DNA from: Octopus sinensis
Lineage: Eukaryota
Length of the DNA: 64,000 bases
Assembly: GCF_006345805.1 (NCBI RefSeq)
Contig: NC_043003.1
Coordinates: 2,914,001 to 2,978,000 of the forward strand
Direction: 5' to 3'
Shown: positions 50,306 to 62,520 of the stretch, one piece after another
Position numbering within the stretch: position 1 is the stretch's first letter
Layout of the letters: each line of letters starts with the position of its first letter
The notes under the pieces: model-generated
What the model was told of the DNA's origin: nothing
The model's input: only the letters and a program-made list of their open reading frames with translations
Database searches by the model: none
Program-made: the position numbers and the translations under genes

Positions 50306-51264
50306 AAATAATGAGGGAGATAAATTGAATATTAATTTAATTAATATCAATTTAAAACCAGTAGCCTAGCATACAAAAATCTGAAAAATCAGAGAAAATT
50401 CAAATATATACAGGTGCAGATATGGCTGTGTGGTAAGAATCTTACTTCCCAACCACATGGTTCCGAGTTCAGTCCCACTGCATGGCACCTTGGGGAAGTG
50501 TCTTCTACTATAGCCTCAAGTTGACCAATACCTTGTGAGTGGATTTGGTAGACGGAAACTGAAAGAAGCCTGTTGTGTATAAATATATGTGTGTGTTTGT
50601 CCCTCCACCATTGCTCAACAACCGATGTTGGTGTGTTTACGTCCCTATAACTTAGAGGTTCAGCAAAAGAAACCAATAATATAATAACTAGGCTTACAAA
50701 GAATAAGTCGATTTATTCGACTAAAGGCTGTGCTCCAGCATGGCTGCAGTCAAATGACTGAAACAAGTAAAAGTAAAAGAATATATACATACATACATAT
50801 ATATATATATATCACCGTGACCGACCAGTCTATCAGAAGTTGCTACACATCGCTGGTCACAATGCTCTTTGCATTGTTTTAGCCTTCAAATGACGCCACC
50901 CCGCTGGCTAAGCAAGCAGGCCAATATATATGATGATGATGATATTATATATATATACCGGAGTAAACACATAAATATGAAACAAGGTGGAAAAAAGAGT
51001 ACTCAAATACCAGTCGTAGAGTAATATGCTTTAAATAAAGCATATATATATATATATATATTCATCATCCGTTTTCCCATGGCCAGGCATGTTTTCTGAG
51101 AAGATTGGAAATCAAGGTCACCAGGACAACGCTTGCATGACATTACACTCATGTGATGTGAAAGCAAAGAGACTGCAACACAAGCACTTACTAATATACG
51201 TGTGTGTGTGTGTGTGTCTGTGATTGATTACATTCTCAGCAGACAGCAGGATGCATGGTTGCTC

Positions 51265-51472
51265 TTAACTCTTTTGATACCAACCTGCCTGAAGCTGCCT
51301 TATTTTCATAAGTTTTGAATTAAAATCTTCCACCAAACCTTAGTCACAATTTATGTTCCTAACACCAGCTTAATGATAACTAAGTTATTTTACTAAATTC
51401 TTTTGTTATATTTAAAATTAATTGAAAGAAACACACAGCATCTCAAAATAAATACAGTAACAAAAGGGTTAA
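51265..51472. mobile_element. piggyBac-type MITE
   Basis: TTAA-ctcttttgatac ... gtaacaaaaggg-TTAA. Confidence 0.65.
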
Positions 51473-54180
51473 ATACAAAGACCCTCCCTAGTGAAGAATG
51501 TGTCCTCCAGCATAGACTAGTCATTAGTGACTTTAGACTTCAGGCTAGAAGGATGCTAGAAGCAGACCAATCTGGAAAAGAAGGATTTGGAAGCTTAAGA
51601 ACCATTCATATGGTTAGAGATTTAGGGACATCCTAATTGAGGAATTTGATGTGGAGGAAGAAGAATTACAGACTTGTGACATAAAGAGCAACTGTGAATT
51701 CCTGTGGGACAGCTTGCTGAGTACCACAGACGGACTCTGCTGCTGGTGCAAAGTCTCATCCAGACTTAGGGTGAAGTGGTGGTGGAACGATGCTGTAGAC
51801 AGGGCCATCAGAGTAAAGAAACAGGCCTGGAAGAGTGAGGGCAGCAGGGAACTGTATCAGATATCCAGAAGGAAAGTTAGGAGACAGGTAAACCTAGTGA
51901 AGGGAGTAGCAGAAAAGAAGAAGTTTGCCTATGTTCAGCAAAGTGAGGACCAAAGAACTGAAGTGTTTTGGATTGCAAGACAGTGTGTGAGAGAAAATTG
52001 TGATGTCATTGGAGGGAAATGTGTCCACGTGGATGATGGTGCACTTGCTTTTAATGATTCTGAAAAGGAAGAGGCTTGGAACTGCCATTATGAAAGACTG
52101 CTGAACATGAAGAATGAACGGAAGGAGGAGAGTTTGCCAAATGTTGACCCAATCGAGGGACCAGCTACTCGAATTGACAGTACCCAGATAGATAAAGCAA
52201 TTAAGGATATGAAGACAGAGAAAGTCCCCGGCCCTTCTGGTATCACTGATGAGATGCTTAAAATATCTGGTGGTGTGGGTTATATAGTCTAGTCACCTGT
52301 ATTATAAATTAGGTGGTTCGTGAAGGAGTCATACCCAATGACTGGTGTAGCAGCAGCACCATAGTCAACTGCTACAAAGGTAAAGGTGATGCCTTAGATA
52401 GAAATAATTACAGAGGTATCAAATTGTTGGATCAGGTGATGAAAGTTGCAGAGAGAGTCATAACCCAACTAATTAGGGAGAGAGTCTAGATTAGATGAGA
52501 TGCAGTTTGGTTTTGTGCCAGGGAGAAGCACCACTGATGCTATATTTCTGGTAAGACAGCTGAAGGAGAAATACCTAGCCAAAGATAAACCTTTGTAGTT
52601 GGCTTTTGTTGACTTGGAGAAAATCTTTGACAGGGTGCCCTGATTCCTTATCTAGTGGTCAATGCAGAAACTAGGGATAGATGAATGGTTAGAGAGCTGT
52701 ACAAGCCATGTATAGAGACACTACCAGTAAAGTAGGGGTTCACCAAAGATTGGTCCTCAGCCCCCTCTTGTTCATTATAGTCCCCCACAGGAATTTAAAA
52801 CAGGCTGCCCCTGGGAGCTCCTCTTTGCCGATGACCTTGTTCTTATAGCTGAATCACAACCAGAACTAGAGAAGAGGTTCCAGCTATGGAAGCAAAGTCT
52901 AGAATTGAAAGGCCTTAGAGTTAACCTAGCAAAAACCAAAGTCATAGTAAGTAGGAAGACAGACAAATAACAAATCCCTTCAGGTAGATGGTCCTGCTCA
53001 ATCTGTACAAAAGGCATAGGTAGAAACTCCATAAGATGCACCTGGTGTAAGCTTTGGACACATAAAAGGTGCAACAATATCAGAGGAAGGTTAACAGGGA
53101 AATTAGCCTTTGTGTGTTGAAGATGCACAGGTACAATAAACACTGAAAATATACAGAAAATAGACTCCATGAACTGCCAGTGGGGTAAGCTAGTGGTAGT
53201 AGATAGCTTCTGCTTTCTAGGTGACCGAGTTAGTAGTGGAGGTGGATGCTCCGAGAGTGTAGCTGTGAGAATACATTTAGGCTAGGCAAAGTTCAGAGAG
53301 CTTCTACCTCTGCTGGCAACAAAGGGCGTCTCCCTCAGAATGAAAGGCAGATTGTTTGATATCTGTGTGTGAACAGCCATGCTACATTGTAGTGAATCAC
53401 GGGCTGTGACAGCCGAGGACATGTATAGGCTTCACAGAAATGAAGGTAATATACTTTGCTGGATGTGCAATGTTAGTGTGCATGTTTAACAGAGTGTAAG
53501 CATCTTGAGAGAAAAGTTGGGCATAAGAGACATCAGATGTGGTGTGCAAGAGAGATGACTCTGCTGGTATGGTCATGTGATGCATATGGACGAGAACCGC
53601 TGTATAAAGAAGTGCCGATCTGTAACTGTGGAGGGAACCTGTGGCAGAGGTAGAGCCAGGAAGATATGGGATGAGATGGTGAAACATGATCTTCAAACTT
53701 TGAGCCTCACGAAAACAATGACTAGTGTCCAAGACCTTTGGCGATGTGCTGTGCTTGAGAGGACCCATCAAGCCAAGTGAAATCATAGTTGTGGATGATG
53801 CTGGTGGCATGTAAAAAGCACCTTTCAAACATTGGGCCAAATGGAGGCAAAGTGGCCTAGCCCCTTTCGAGTGTTGGGCCTCAAGGGGATAATGACTGAG
53901 ACCTTTGGTATTATGTCATGCTTCAGAAGAAGACCCATCGAGTCAAATAACATTGCAGTTTTGGCAGATAGTGGTGTCACACAAATGGCACCTATACCAG
54001 TGGCATGTAAAAGCACCCGTTTACACTCTTGAAGTGGTTGGCATTAGGAAGGGCATCCAGCTGTAGATGACCATGCCAAATCACACTGGACTCTGGTGCA
54101 GCCTTCCAGTCTGCCAGCCTTGGTCAAACTGTCCAACCCATGCCAGCATGGACAACGGATGTCAAATAATAATGATGATA
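51473..54180 (+). mobile_element. decayed RTE LINE (end of APE domain, RT with FADD, PHD, 3' UTR)
   Basis: Collinear with 42553-44842; begins at EECVLQHRLVISDFRL; many stops. Confidence 0.92.
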
Positions 54181-54373
54181 TAGTCTATAGATGAGAGACA
54201 GATATTTGCGTATAGAATACACTTCATAGTGCTCAACAGATTTAAACTTGAGCAGGTAGAGGAGTAAATGTAAGGATAAGCAAGTTAAGCAAATTGATTT
54301 ACACAATATTAAAGACATTTAATTGTTTCTACTCTCGGCACAAGGCCTAAAATTTTGGAGGAGAATAGAAATA

Positions 54374-54642
54374 ATATCAGGAATTAAAGTGGTTGAATAA
54401 GAGTTTTACGAGTCCGACAGCTGTTTCTGGGGTCTTAGTGGTCCAAAATAATGACTGCTGTTGGATAATATCAGTCTCCATCTCAAATCTCCATTCTGTG
54501 AACACCTTGAATGTAAAACTTCTTCCCTGAAAAGGGAGGCTGGTATTATCTGATGATAGAATCATTTTACAATCATTATTTTGGACCACAAAGCCCCTAG
54601 AAACAGCTGTTGGACTTGTAAAACTCCTTTAATTCCTGATAT
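54374..54642. mobile_element. foldback element with degenerate hammerhead motifs (ACAGCTGT family)
   Basis: Inverted arms; right arm TCC-CTGAAAA-GGG...CCCCTA-GAAAC-AGCT-GTT-GGA at 54524-54614. Confidence 0.55.
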
Positions 54643-54754
54643 CATTTCTATTCTGTGTAAGTCAGGCCGTTTTGTATGTAAATATATGTACATTTTTTTT
54701 GTATTAAATGTATTTAACATTTTTTGTATATCAACTTATCCTTACATTTACTCC

Positions 54755-54790
<36 letters not shown>

Positions 54791-55284
54791 ATGTACACAC
54801 AAGGAGCTTCTTACAAATCTGCTTTCAAGGTCAACCTGGAGCTTCAGTAGAAGATACTCGAGGTGCCACACTGTGGGACTGAACCGCAACCTATGTGGTT
54901 GGAAATCAAACTTTTTGCTCTGCTTTTGTATCTCTCTGTTATTATCTAGTGTAACAATTTAAAAATGATAATAACAGAATCAATAATATAGGCGATTGCA
55001 GCCCCCACCCCCAAGCATTAAATAGCTGAAGGATTAGAATTAATCAAAGGACATAAGTATGTCTTCCTGTTGGAAATAACAGTCAAAATTCTTATTTAAA
55101 TTGCCAAAATACACTGATAATAACTACAGAAATCAACCATCCGAAGGCAAACAGACTAAGACAATCTCTCAGCATACATTCAAGTATTTGGATTCACGTG
55201 GACTGGCAAAAATAGCCTCAGCTTTCTCAGCATGCATTACCACGATATATATATATGTATGTGTGTATATATATGCACAGTTGC

Positions 55285-55635
55285 AGCAGGGTGTTATTAA
55301 GGTGTTCATAAGCCATTTAAAAACCACACAAAAACCATTAAATTCACTTCAACATTTAAATTAAATTTGTGTCAGAATATTTTCGTCGCTTTGAAACTGC
55401 GACCTGTTCGCTGACAAAATTTCATGCTGCATCTCTTTGTCAGCGAACAGGTTGCAGTTTCAAAGCAAAGACAATATTTTGACACAAATTTAATTTAAAT
55501 GTTGAAGTGAATTAAATGGTTTTTGTGTGTGTTTTAAATGGCTTAATAACACCTTAATAACACCCTGCTATTGTTGTTTTTGTTTCAGCACATGATCTCA
55601 GATCAAATCTCTTGCTATGCAAGTGCATCTCTGTA
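55285..55635. mobile_element. foldback element, same family as 15115-15480
   Basis: Inverted arms spanning 55285-55569 and the shared tail tttcagcac...ctctgtaat. Confidence 0.75.
55370..55416 (-). ncRNA. hammerhead motif, G3:C8 family, with U4C
   Basis: Minus strand TGTCA / GCGAACA / G / GTCGC-AGTTTCAAA-GCGAC / GAA-AATATT-C / TGACA. Confidence 0.6.
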
Positions 55636-55699
55636 ATATATATTCCAACCCGTGCTAGCGCGGAAAACGGACGTTAAACGATGATGATGAGGATGATGA

Positions 55700-55751
<52 letters not shown>

Positions 55752-55789
55752 GATTTTTTAATTTTTTTTTTATATATTTGTGTTAAGAA

Positions 55790-56145
55790 TTTCGAAAATA
55801 ACATTCATCGTTTTGAAGGACATTCGATCGAGTACATGGAGCTTCATCAGAGTGAATACAAATGCGTAAAATAAAATAAATGAAGGGAAGAAGGAACTGG
55901 AAAGAACATGGCCTCGAGAAGTGGCCAAGGAGGCTCAATATATTTTTGCCTATCGACTTCAAAGCTCCATGCTGGAAGATGGTATGATTTTAATGTATTG
56001 AGCCTCCTGGCCACTTCTCGAGGCCATGTTCTTTCCAGTTCCTTCTTCCCTTCGTTTATTTTATTTTACGCATTTGTATTCACTCTGATGAAGCTCCATG
56101 TACTCAATCGAATGTCCTTCAAAACGATGAATGTTATTTTCGAAA
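55790..56145. repeat. near-perfect 150-bp inverted repeat (foldback)
   Basis: 55790-55940 pairs with 55996-56145 around a loop of about 55 nt. Confidence 0.9.
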
Positions 56146-56470
56146 CTCTTTCATAGGCATTGACTGGCATTGGGAGCGGAAACGGCTGTAAGAACTGTTC
56201 TTTCATAGAAATGTTGTTGTGTTTTGTATTAAAAAATAATCCACAGGTGTGGTCCAATTTATTTGTTGATCAAAGTTTTCTCCATTTTCTGTTCATTTTA
56301 AAGTTGATTCCTGATAGACTTTTGTTTATTCTATTGTTACCTGTACCTTATGAGTATAGTGTGCCTGCATACCCATGCCCAGGCATAGCACAGGTAACTG
56401 ATACCAATGATAAATATGGATACTGTTATCCCTTAGTCGGTTACTTTAACCGCTAGCTCTGCTTACCTTT

Positions 56471-56500
<30 letters not shown>

Positions 56501-56501
<1 letters not shown>

Positions 56502-56712
56502 TTTATTTAAAAGCAGCAGAAATATAATAAAAGCTGTTACTCAGAGTTTCACGTTCCCATTCATCGGACAGTTTTGTTAAAACTGTCTGAGAAACAGGAA
56601 CATGAAACAGCTTTTGTTATATTTCTGCTGCTTTTAAATAAAGCGTATTACTCTACCTCTGGTATTTGAGTACTCTTTTTTACACCTTCTTTCACATGTA
56701 TGTGCTTACTCC

Positions 56713-56720
<8 letters not shown>
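56501..56720. mobile_element. foldback element with hammerhead motif; terminal part recurs inverted at about 50955-51045
   Basis: Arms 56501-56577 and 56578-56643, plus tail ...gtgcttactccggtata. Confidence 0.7.
56534..56571 (-). ncRNA. minimal hammerhead motif with GGAA-tetraloop stem II and U4C
   Basis: Minus strand CTGT / CCGATGA / ATG-GGAA-CGT / GAAAC-TCTGA-GTA / ACAG. Confidence 0.6.
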
Positions 56721-56761
<41 letters not shown>

Positions 56762-57307
56762 GATGGGCTTCTTTCAGCTTCCGTCTACTAAATCCACTCA
56801 CAAAGCTTTGTCAGCCCAAGGGCTGTAGTAGAGGACACTTGTCCAAGGTGCCACACAGTGGGACTGAACCTGGAACCATGTGGTTGGGAAGCAAGCTTCT
56901 TACCATCCAGCCATGACTGCGCTTACACGCATATATGTATTTGTGTGTCTTTGTTCGCCCCTCCCCATCACTTGACAACTGATGTTGGTGTGTTTATGTC
57001 CCCATCACTTAGCAGTTCAGGAAAAGAGACCGATAGAATAAGTATTAGGCTTACAAAGAGTAAGTCCTGGCGTCAGGTGGTGCTCCAGCATGGCCGCAGT
57101 CAAATGACTGAAACAAGTAAAAGAAAAATGGTAAAAAAATAGTCCAGCAGACGATAAGTCATGTAAATCAGTGCTGCTCTGTGTGGTGGTCTGTAGACTG
57201 GTGCCGGCCCGTGAGCCATCAGCTGCCAGTGTGCAACAAGTTTCCAGAAAAGAAAGAGACATTATAAAATGCTTATGTAATATTGTATTATTTGTTTACA
57301 AAATAAA

Positions 57308-57693
57308 TCTTTATATATAAAAGTGAGGTTGTGTCTGTCTCCTACGATTTAGATTCCTAACTACTCCCACATTTTGCGGTGCAGTTTAACCAAAACCAGG
57401 TATCTTATAGTCGTGATTCATATCGAGCCCTTCTGGGTATTAGCGCGCGTCTATGATGAGTCTACGATTTAAAAAATAATTTACCATCATTTTTTTCCAT
57501 TTTAATGCATTTTTTTGCTATTATATAAGGGAAGTAACTCTCTAAAAATGTCTACGATGAGTCAACGATTTAAAAAAAAATTTACCATCATTTACTTTGC
57601 ATTTTTTTTGCTATTTTTTGGCTATAACTCTCTAAAAATGCTTATATAGTTATTTCCCTTACAAACCCAAGCAACGCCGGACGATACTGCTAG
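57308..57693 (+). mobile_element. non-autonomous Helitron
   Basis: 5' TC after A, 3' cc.agcaacgccgg hairpin-like motif then CTAG before T, no TSD; internal imperfect tandem duplication of about 95 nt. Confidence 0.8.
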
Positions 57694-57789
57694 TATAAGA
57701 TAAAAAAATTGTCAACTTTTATTATAAATTAGAAAATTACTATTTTTAAATCTCACAAAGGGAAATATTCAGCAACAGTACTTTGGAGT

Positions 57790-58055
57790 AAAGATTGTTT
57801 GCCAACATAACATGGCAGTCCTGGTTTAGGACGAATGTTGCTGAAATTTAGCCCCAGGAAACATTGTCTCCAGCTGGCTATACAACACAATCTGTGTCCT
57901 AGATTTCCTTGTTCGAAAATATGACACAGATTGTGTCGTATAGCCAACTGGAGATGATGTCTCCTGGGGCTAAATTACAGCAACATCCGTCCTTAAACCA
58001 GGACTGCCATGTTATGTTGGCAAAAATCTTAACTTTTATTATATTCATTATATAT
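57790..58055. repeat. inverted pair of a structured repeat of about 120 bp; further copies at 58757-58910 and 59945-60075
   Basis: catggcagtcctggttta(a)ggacg...gacacaatctgtgtc in opposite orientations. Confidence 0.8.
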
Positions 58056-58613
58056 TTTGTTTTTTGGTATAAATTAATATTACTAAGAAATATTACCAGT
58101 CCCTGGTACATTGGAAAAAATAACAAAAAAAACCTGCCGGTACACCACATCTGATGGTTTGAGAAGCACTGATGTGAACCATTCTCAATGATAGTTGCTA
58201 TTAAACATGTACAGTTTATTTCAAGGCATTCTAAATATTTTCTTTTAGTGATGTGCTAAAGTTTGATGTTCTTCAAATCCTCAATAATGATTTCTGGAAG
58301 TAGGACGATTACATGTGTTCAGTTTACGGATGAGTAGAAATACTACAGCTGGGTAATGAAGTAGTCACTTCACTTGATTTATACAATGAGACAAGCATGA
58401 AAATTGATATAGAATAAACCAGGGTTGGGAAGAATGCCAGCAATGCAGTACTTTGTTCAGATATTCTCATTTCTGTAGTGAAAAACCGAAAGTGTTTCAA
58501 CAGCTTCAAAATATCTTGGATCAATTATTGACAATTCAGGATTAACATGAATGTTTTCGTTCGACTCCAGAAAATAAGGGGGATTCTGAGAATATTCCAA
58601 CCTAAATGGAAGA

Positions 58614-59190
58614 TACAGTTCTATATTTGAGAGATGAGGAATTATTTACATTATTTACATTTGATGGATATTTGTCCTCATTTCAGCTGATATACCCTCC
58701 AGCCTTCTTCAGGTGTCTTGGGGGAAATTTTGAACGTGGGTTCTCATTCCTAAGGTATATATAATGAATATAATAAAAGTTAAGATTTTTGCCAACATAA
58801 CATGGCAGTCCTGGTTTAAGGACGGATGTTGCTGTAATTTAGCCCCAGGAGACATCATCTCCAGTTGGCTATACGACACAATCTGTGTCATATTTTCGAA
58901 CAAGGAAATCGAGGTCATTGCCAGTACCATCTGACTGACCCCTGTGCCGGTGGCACATAAAAGGCACCCACTACACTCTCAGAGTGGTTGGCGTTAGGAA
59001 GGGCATCCAGCTGTAGAAACTCTGCCAGATCAAGATTGGAGCCTGGTGCAGCCCTCAGTAAAAACCGTCCAACCCATGCTAGCATCGAAAATGGACGTTA
59101 AATGATGATGATGATTCAAGTCACTGCCTGGAGTTGAACTCGGAATCTTGGGGTTAGTAGCCCGTGCTCTTAACCACTATGCCACATGCT
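58614..59190 (-). mobile_element. family C SINE interrupted by a captured 154-nt segment and an RTE 3' fragment
   Basis: Tail at 58614-58756 (CTGAAGA core, stem III deleted), head at about 59116-59190, with foreign sequence between. Confidence 0.7.
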
Positions 59191-59197
59191 TATGGGC

Positions 59198-59450
59198 ATG
59201 TGGCATAATGGTTAAGAGTGTGGGCTACTAACCCCAAGATTCCAAGATTGATTCCAGGCAGTGACCTGAATAATAATTATAATAATAATGCTAATAATAA
59301 CAACATCGGAAAAATATCTTAGGAGCGAGAACCCAGGTTCAAAATTTCCCCAGGACACCTGATGAAGGCTGGAGGGTATATCAGCCGAAACATTGTGTTA
59401 ACAACAAACAAGATGAGGACAAATATCCGTCAAATGTAAATAATGTAAAT
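59198..59450 (+). mobile_element. tRNA-head SINE with hammerhead-bearing tail (family C)
   Basis: Head-to-head with the previous copy; hammerhead motif at 59354-59399. Confidence 0.8.
59354..59399 (+). ncRNA. minimal type I hammerhead ribozyme motif (family C)
   Basis: GACAC / CTGATGA / A / GGCTGG-AGGGTATA-TCAGCC / GAAAC-ATT / GTGTT; stem I GACAC:GTGTT, 5-6 bp stem II. Family consensus AACGTT palindrome inferred from CpG-decay variants; this copy has G16.2A. Confidence 0.7.
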
Positions 59451-59667
59451 AAGCTAGATGGAAGAGTAAAAAATAGTTCTAAATAAATTTGAACTCTTAG
59501 AGAATTCATCATCATTGTTTAACATCCTCTTTTCCTTGCTTGCACGAATCAGCTGGAATTTGTTGAATAGAAATGTAAAAGATCGATCTAATGTTAATTT
59601 GTTGTATTTCTAATGACATCCAATTTCACTAATTGGTCATATTTTTACAATTTTCTGATTATTCCAG

Positions 59668-59759
59668 GGAAGGTAATGACGTTATGGATGAGAAAAAAAT
59701 TACTTTTTCTGAACTGAAGACTGAAGTTTGCAGATTTGCCAATGTCTTGAAAGACTTCG
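59668..59759 (+). CDS. ACSS2: acetyl-CoA synthetase, second coding exon (EGNDVMDEKKITFSELKTEVCRFANVLKDFG)
   Basis: attccag acceptor, G|gtaagt donor; 92 nt, phase 2/1; completes the W-EGN motif and ITY..L...VC.FANVL. No further exon recognised before the window end. Confidence 0.93.
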
Positions 59760-61149
59760 GTAAGTAATATACAAGTGTTCAACGAAATAAATTTTTATTC
59801 TGCTGCTTTAGGTAATTCAACCAGGGGCTGAAACTACATAATCTACATTTTGTCTTATTTTTTATGATTAGAACACACACACACTAGTGGTGTTGGTGGT
59901 GGTGGTTTGACCTCAATTTACAAATTCAATGATGAGAACAAAAGTAAATTTGGAGTAAAGATTGTTTGTCAACATATCATGGCAGTCCTGGTTTAGGACG
60001 AATGTTGCTGTAATTTAGCCCCAGGAGACATCATCTCCAGCTGGCTTTGCAACATGATCTGTGTCCTTATATTTTCAACAACTCAAAATTGCTGACATGG
60101 CCGATGACTGTACTGCCTGATTGGCACTTGTGCCAGTGGAACATTAAAAGTACATCCGAGTGTGATCATTGTCAGGGCCATGGATTGGCTCCCGTACCGG
60201 TGGCACGTAAAAAGCACCATTCGAGTGTGATTATTGCCAGCATTGCATTATTGGCATATGTGCTGGTGGCACATGAAAAACATTTGAGTGTGGTTGTTGC
60301 CAGTGCCACCAGACTGGCTCCCGTACAGGTAGCATGTAAAAAACACCTTTTGAGCATGGTCGTTGCCAGAACCGCCTGACTGACCCTCGTGCTGGTGGCA
60401 AATAAAAGCACCTACTACACTCTCAGAGTGGTTGGCGTTAGGAAGGGCATCCGACTATAGAAACTTTGCCAGATCAGACTGGAGCCTGGTGCAGGCTTCT
60501 GGCTCACCAGTCCTCAGTCAAACTGTCTGACCCATGCCAGCATAGAAAGCAGACGTTAAATGACAACGATGATGATGATGATGATGATGGGATCTAGCAC
60601 CCCTCCCACTTTGCTCAAAACGACACTCCAAAATACTGAATAGCTCTCGTTGTGAGATTTAAGAATAGTAATTTTCTAAAAGCAAATTTGTTTGGTAGAG
60701 GGCTTTGAACCAGAAAGTGCTAATTGTTAATCAACATTAGTTCCAATCAACAGTTTCTCTTTGTAATGTTAATTATTTTGATGTGTAGTTATGTTATTTT
60801 ACTGTCAATTGCATATAACTGGACCGACATACTAACCCCATAAAATCTGTGTGTGTGTATACATTGATTTATTTAGTTTGTACATTGAACGTGAAACTAG
60901 TTTTGGATTTACTCTTACTATTTTTATATATATGTGTGTGTGTGTGCTGGTGGCATGCAAAAACCACCTACTACACTCTCGGAGTGGTTGGCGTTAGGAA
61001 GGACATCCAACAGAAGAAACATTGCCAGATCAAACTGGAGCCTGTTGCAGCCTTCTGGCTCACCAGTCCTCAGCCAAACTGTCCAACCTATGCCAACATG
61101 GAAAACGGATGTTAAACGATGATGATACATATATATGTGTGTGTGTGTG

Positions 61150-62520
61150 TATATATGTCTGAGAGAGGGTCATAACCCAACTAATTAGAAAGTGAGTTAG
61201 GCTAGGGCAGATGCAGTTTTCATTTGGTTTTGTGCCAGGGAGGAGCACTGCTGCTGCTATATTCCTGGTGAGGCAGCTGCAAGAGAAGTACCAAACCAAA
61301 AGTAAACCTCTGTACTTGGCTTTTGTTGACATGGAGAAAGCCTTCGACAGAGTTCCCCGATCCCTTATCTGGTGGTCAGTGCAGGAACTAGCGATAGAGG
61401 AGTGGCTGGTGAGAGCCGTACAAGCCATGTACAGGGATGCTGTCAGTAAGGTCAGGGTTGGCAACGAGTGTAATGATGAATTCAGTGTACAAGTAGGGGT
61501 TCACCAAGGATCAGGCCTCAACCCCATCTTGTTCCTCATAGTTCTCCAGGCAAAAACAGAGGAATTTAAGTTGGGCTACCCCTGAGAGCTCTTAGCTTAA
61601 TCACTACTAGATCTGGAGAAAAAAATTATAGGAGTGGAAGCAAGGTCTGGAATCAAAGGGCCTTAGAATTAATTTAGCAAAAACCAAATCTTATTAAGTA
61701 GTAGAGTAGATAAATCACTTCAGGTAGATGGCCCTGCTTGATATGCAGAAAAGGTGTAGGTGGAAACTCTATAAGGTGTACTAAGGACACATAAACAGTG
61801 CAGCAATATCAGAGAAAGGTTTACAGAGAAAATAGCCATTGTGCATGGCAAATGCACAGGTACAATAAACACTAGAAATATACAGAAAATAGACTCCATC
61901 AAATGCTGGGTGGTGGTGGTGGTGGGAGGTGAATACCTAGAAGTAGTTGATAGTTTTTGTTATCTAAGTGACCAAGTCAGCAGCAGAAGTGAATACTCCA
62001 AGAGTGTAGCTGCTAGAATAAGAATAGGTTGGGCAAAGTTCAGAGAGTTTCTACTTTTGTTGGCAACGAAGGACCTCTCCCTCAGAGGGAAAGGCAGTTT
62101 GTATGACACCTGTGTGCAAACGGCCATGCTATACAGCAGTGGAAGATGGGCTGTGACTGCAGAGGACATGTGAAGGCTTGAAAGAAATGAATCTGGTATG
62201 CTCCACTGGATGTGCAATGTCAGTGTACGACAGAGTGGAAGCATCTTGAGAGAAAAACTGGGCATAAGAAACAGTCACAGCATATCTCCAGAGGTCTCTG
62301 TCTTTTGTCATTGCCTCTGTGAGGCCCAACGTTCAAAGGTCATGCTTGACCACTTCATCCCATGTCTTCCTGGGTCTACCTCTACTCCAGGTTCCTTCAA
62401 CTGTTAGGGTGTGGCACTTCTTCACACATCTCTCCTCATTCATCTGTAGTACATGACCATACCAGTGCACACATCTCTCCTGCACACCACATCTGATGCT
62501 TCTTATGTCCAACATTTCTC
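61150..62520 (+). mobile_element. decayed RTE LINE fragment whose distal part (about 62270-62520) is inverted
   Basis: QFGFVPGRSTAAAIFLVRQLQEKY...FVDMEKAFDRVPR; the continuation RSIRCGVQER...TWDEVVKHDL is on the minus strand. Confidence 0.88.
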
